Shown: piece after piece, positions 36,126 to 38,156 of the stretch | Layout: each line of letters begins with the position of its first letter | Numbering within the stretch: position 1 is the stretch's first letter | Source of the DNA: Rhodobacterales bacterium | GTDB lineage: Bacteria > Pseudomonadota > Alphaproteobacteria > Rhodobacterales > Rhodobacteraceae | NCBI GenBank assembly: GCA_002746935.1 | Contig: PDRW01000045.1 | Span: 1 to 38,156, forward strand | Reading direction: 5' to 3' | DNA: 38,156 nt | The notes under the pieces: generated by a model | Databases searched by the model: none | The model's input: only the letters and a program-made list of their open reading frames with translations | What the model was told of the DNA's origin: nothing | Program-made: the position numbers and the translations under genes

Positions 36126-36824
36126 GTGTTTGATATCGGGCTTCACCTCTGGCTGCTCGACCCTTCGGACCATCTGTTGCCGGACCTCCGACGGCTGCTG
36201 TCGGAAGACGAGCGCGCCCGCGCCGCGCGGTTTGTCCGTCCGCTTGACCGTGACCGCTACATCACCGGACGGGCGCGGCTTCGCCAGATCCTTGCGGCCG
36301 CAACCGGTCGCGACCCGCGCGCCCTTCGCTTCAGTTACGGTGCCCACGGCAAACCCGCGCTCAAGGGGGGGCCTGCGTTCAACCTCAGCCATAGCGGACC
36401 GCTTGCCGCGCTGGCGATCGGCCCTGCGGCCACGCCCGCGATCGGGATCGGGATCGACATCGAACGGATCCGCCCGATCGAAGCCGCCGTTGCGCGGCGG
36501 CATTTCTCGCCAGCGGAACATGCAGCCCTCGGCCAGATGCCCGCCGCCGACTGGCTCACCGGGTTCTATCGCTGCTGGACCCGCAAGGAAGCCCTCGTCA
36601 AGGCGCAGGGAACCGGCCTGTCGATGCCGCTCGACAGTTTCGACGTTTCCCTGACAGACAACGCCCGGCTCGAGCGGATCGACGGTGACAGCCCCGGCAA
36701 CTGGCGAATGATCCATTTCAACCCCGCGCCCGGCTGGGTGGGGGCGGTTGCGGCGCGCACCGGCGGGCAGGAGATCGCTTTGAGCCTGCGCGAGACCGGC
36801 ACGCCGCCCCTGCCCTTCGGCTAG
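36126..36824 (+). CDS. Sfp-type 4'-phosphopantetheinyl transferase
   Basis: 232-aa product from GTG 36126, preceded by an AGGAGG RBS 5 nt upstream. Motifs include FNLSHSG, GIGIDIE and WTRKEALVKAQG. It is divergent from the megasynthase promoter. The ORF-track start at 35841 would lie inside the divergent promoter and give an implausibly long product. Confidence 0.8.
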   Translation: MFDIGLHLWLLDPSDHLLPDLRRLLSEDERARAARFVRPLDRDRYITGRARLRQILAAATGRDPRALRFSYGAHGKPALKGGPAFNLSHSGPLAALAIGPAATPAIGIGIDIERIRPIEAAVARRHFSPAEHAALGQMPAADWLTGFYRCWTRKEALVKAQGTGLSMPLDSFDVSLTDNARLERIDGDSPGNWRMIHFNPAPGWVGAVAARTGGQEIALSLRETGTPPLPFG

Positions 36825-37091
36825 TGCCGCGCCCTTTGGCGCGTGTTGTGGTTTCGGGAGATGCAGGCCTGAGACGACGCGGCAGTGGTCTGCGGAAGGC
36901 CGTTCACGCCCCCCCGCCAGGGCTTATCGGGCAGTGCCGACAGCTTCTGACGCGGCGAACGACACCGCCCTGGCATCTGTGCAGCGCCGTTTTTTCCGCA
37001 AATCACTTTGACATTACCCTACTGTTTTAGTAAGTCATTTCCACCTGCACGGCTCTGTATCACATGTTGCTTCGGGGGGCATTGAAGGCGA

Positions 37092-38156
37092 ATGTTTGGC
37101 TGCACTAGGAAGTCTGGGCTTTTTTCTCTGATTATCACTCTTTCGGTCGTTTTCTGGGGGGCGCTGGTGCAATCCGCCCGCGCCGATCTGGATTATGCCG
37201 ATCTGATCGGGCGTATCGACGAACGGCTGACCGGCGCGGCCGCCGCCTATCAGCAGGGCGACGCCGACACGGCGAAAGATGCCGTCCAGTCGGCCTATTT
37301 CGAGATCTTCGAGAACCTCGAAGGTCCGATCCGTGTCAATGTCTCGGCGGCCAGATCCTATGAGCTCGAGGCGGAATTCGGCGACATCCGCAAGCTGATC
37401 ATCGACGGCGCCCCGCCGGAGGTCGTGCAGGCGCGCATCGAGGCGCAGATTGCGGCGATTCGCGCGGTTCTGCCGGATCTCGAATCCGGTGTGCGGCTGC
37501 GCGGCGAGCCGGGCCGTTACGAGACCGGGGAAGCCGCGCCCGAGGCGGCGGCCGCCCCCGCTGCCGACGAGCCCATAGAGCCGGAATGGCAGGCCGTGGT
37601 GGACGGGATTGGCGAGACGATCGCCCAGGCTGCTGCCGTCTACGAACAGGGTGAGGCCGAACAGGCCGTCGATCTGGTGCTGAAGGCGCAGTTCGACGGA
37701 TACAAGAATTCGCTGCTGGAAACCGCGATCCGCCGTTATCGCGACAGCAACACGGATGCGGCGATCAACGGCGAATTCAGCCGTATCGTCGGGCTGATCC
37801 ACGATGGCCGCCCGGCGCGCATGGTCGCAGCGTCAGGCAAACAGATGGTGGTGGAGCTGACCGGTCTTCTGCCGGGCCTGCCGCTTCTGGGCGACAATGG
37901 CACCGCGCGGCCCGCGCCCGCACCGGTCGAGGCCGACAAGGACTGGGCACAGGTGGGGGCACAGGTCATGGCGGCGGTCGACCGCGCCATTGCAACCCAG
38001 GCCGGCGGCGACAGCAAGGCGGCGGTGTCCGACATTCAGAACACCTATTTCGACGTCTTCGAAGCCTCGGGGATGGAAGGTGCCATCGGGTTGCGCGATG
38101 CGGGCCTCAAGGCAGATATCGAATCGCATTTCTCGCACCTCACGGCGCTGTTCAAG
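37092..38156 (+). CDS. secreted/periplasmic protein with three internal ~90-aa repeats, 5' partial (runs off window end); function unknown
   Basis: ATG 37092 with a GAAGG RBS. Signal peptide MFGCTRKSGLFSLIITLSVVFWGALVQSARA|DL. Three repeats carry A..Y.QG(D/E)A…A(V)….YF(D/E).FE… motifs and GC3 is high. No stop occurs before 38156, which is why it is absent from the ORF track. The minus-strand ORFs across it are judged antisense. Confidence 0.5.
   Translation, partial: MFGCTRKSGLFSLIITLSVVFWGALVQSARADLDYADLIGRIDERLTGAAAAYQQGDADTAKDAVQSAYFEIFENLEGPIRVNVSAARSYELEAEFGDIRKLIIDGAPPEVVQARIEAQIAAIRAVLPDLESGVRLRGEPGRYETGEAAPEAAAAPAADEPIEPEWQAVVDGIGETIAQAAAVYEQGEAEQAVDLVLKAQFDGYKNSLLETAIRRYRDSNTDAAINGEFSRIVGLIHDGRPARMVAASGKQMVVELTGLLPGLPLLGDNGTARPAPAPVEADKDWAQVGAQVMAAVDRAIATQAGGDSKAAVSDIQNTYFDVFEASGMEGAIGLRDAGLKADIESHFSHLTALFK

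Noticed and set aside
35829-36716. 295-aa minus-strand ORF and the 35841 start for the PPTase
   Set aside because: The minus ORF is antisense to the PPTase. The 35841 ATG lies in the divergent promoter and would give an implausibly long (327-aa) PPTase. GTG 36126 with AGGAGG is preferred.
37035-38138. Minus-strand ORFs 37035..37802, 37736..38035 and 37833..38138
   Set aside because: The plus-strand frame has a signal peptide, internal repeats and high GC3, so these are treated as antisense.

Overview
High-GC (~65-70%) bacterial chromosomal segment. The gene order (ihfB-lapA-trpF-trpB; nrdHIEF) suggests an alphaproteobacterium, though this is an inference from gene order only. Main contents 5'->3': (1) a truncated homocysteine S-methyltransferase-domain ORF at the window edge; (2) a minus-strand class Ib ribonucleotide reductase operon nrdH-nrdI-nrdE-nrdF whose 5' leader is a textbook cobalamin riboswitch with a perfect B12 box; (3) an IS256-family transposase C-terminal remnant disrupted by a 25-nt palindromic insertion, an SPFH/band-7 protein, and an atypical stand-alone tRNA(GAU) with a C1.A72 mismatch; (4) trpB, a 400-bp spacer with a doubtful small ORF, trpF, a LapA/DUF1049 membrane protein and ihfB (trpA is absent); (5) a plus-strand class-3 aldehyde dehydrogenase; (6) a translationally coupled pair (ATGA overlap) on the minus strand, namely a 2416-aa Sec-secreted DUF11 / Cna-B(SdrD-B) repeat giant surface protein followed by a 1200-aa outer-membrane beta-barrel ending in ...LVGKF. 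This pair is the best candidate for an undescribed secretion/anchoring module; (7) a compact hybrid NRPS-PKS locus: a stand-alone C*-PCP-TE gene (C-domain motif HNxxxDG, TE with Cys nucleophile), a convergent 3314-aa megasynthase A-PCP-KS-AT(malonyl)-ACP-aminotransferase-C-A-PCP (MycA/ItuA-like beta-amino-acyl starter logic) and an Sfp-type PPTase; (8) the 5' part of a gene for a secreted protein with internal repeats running off the window end. Most long ORFs in the supplied track on the opposite strand of these genes are high-GC antisense artefacts. No rRNA or CRISPR array was seen.
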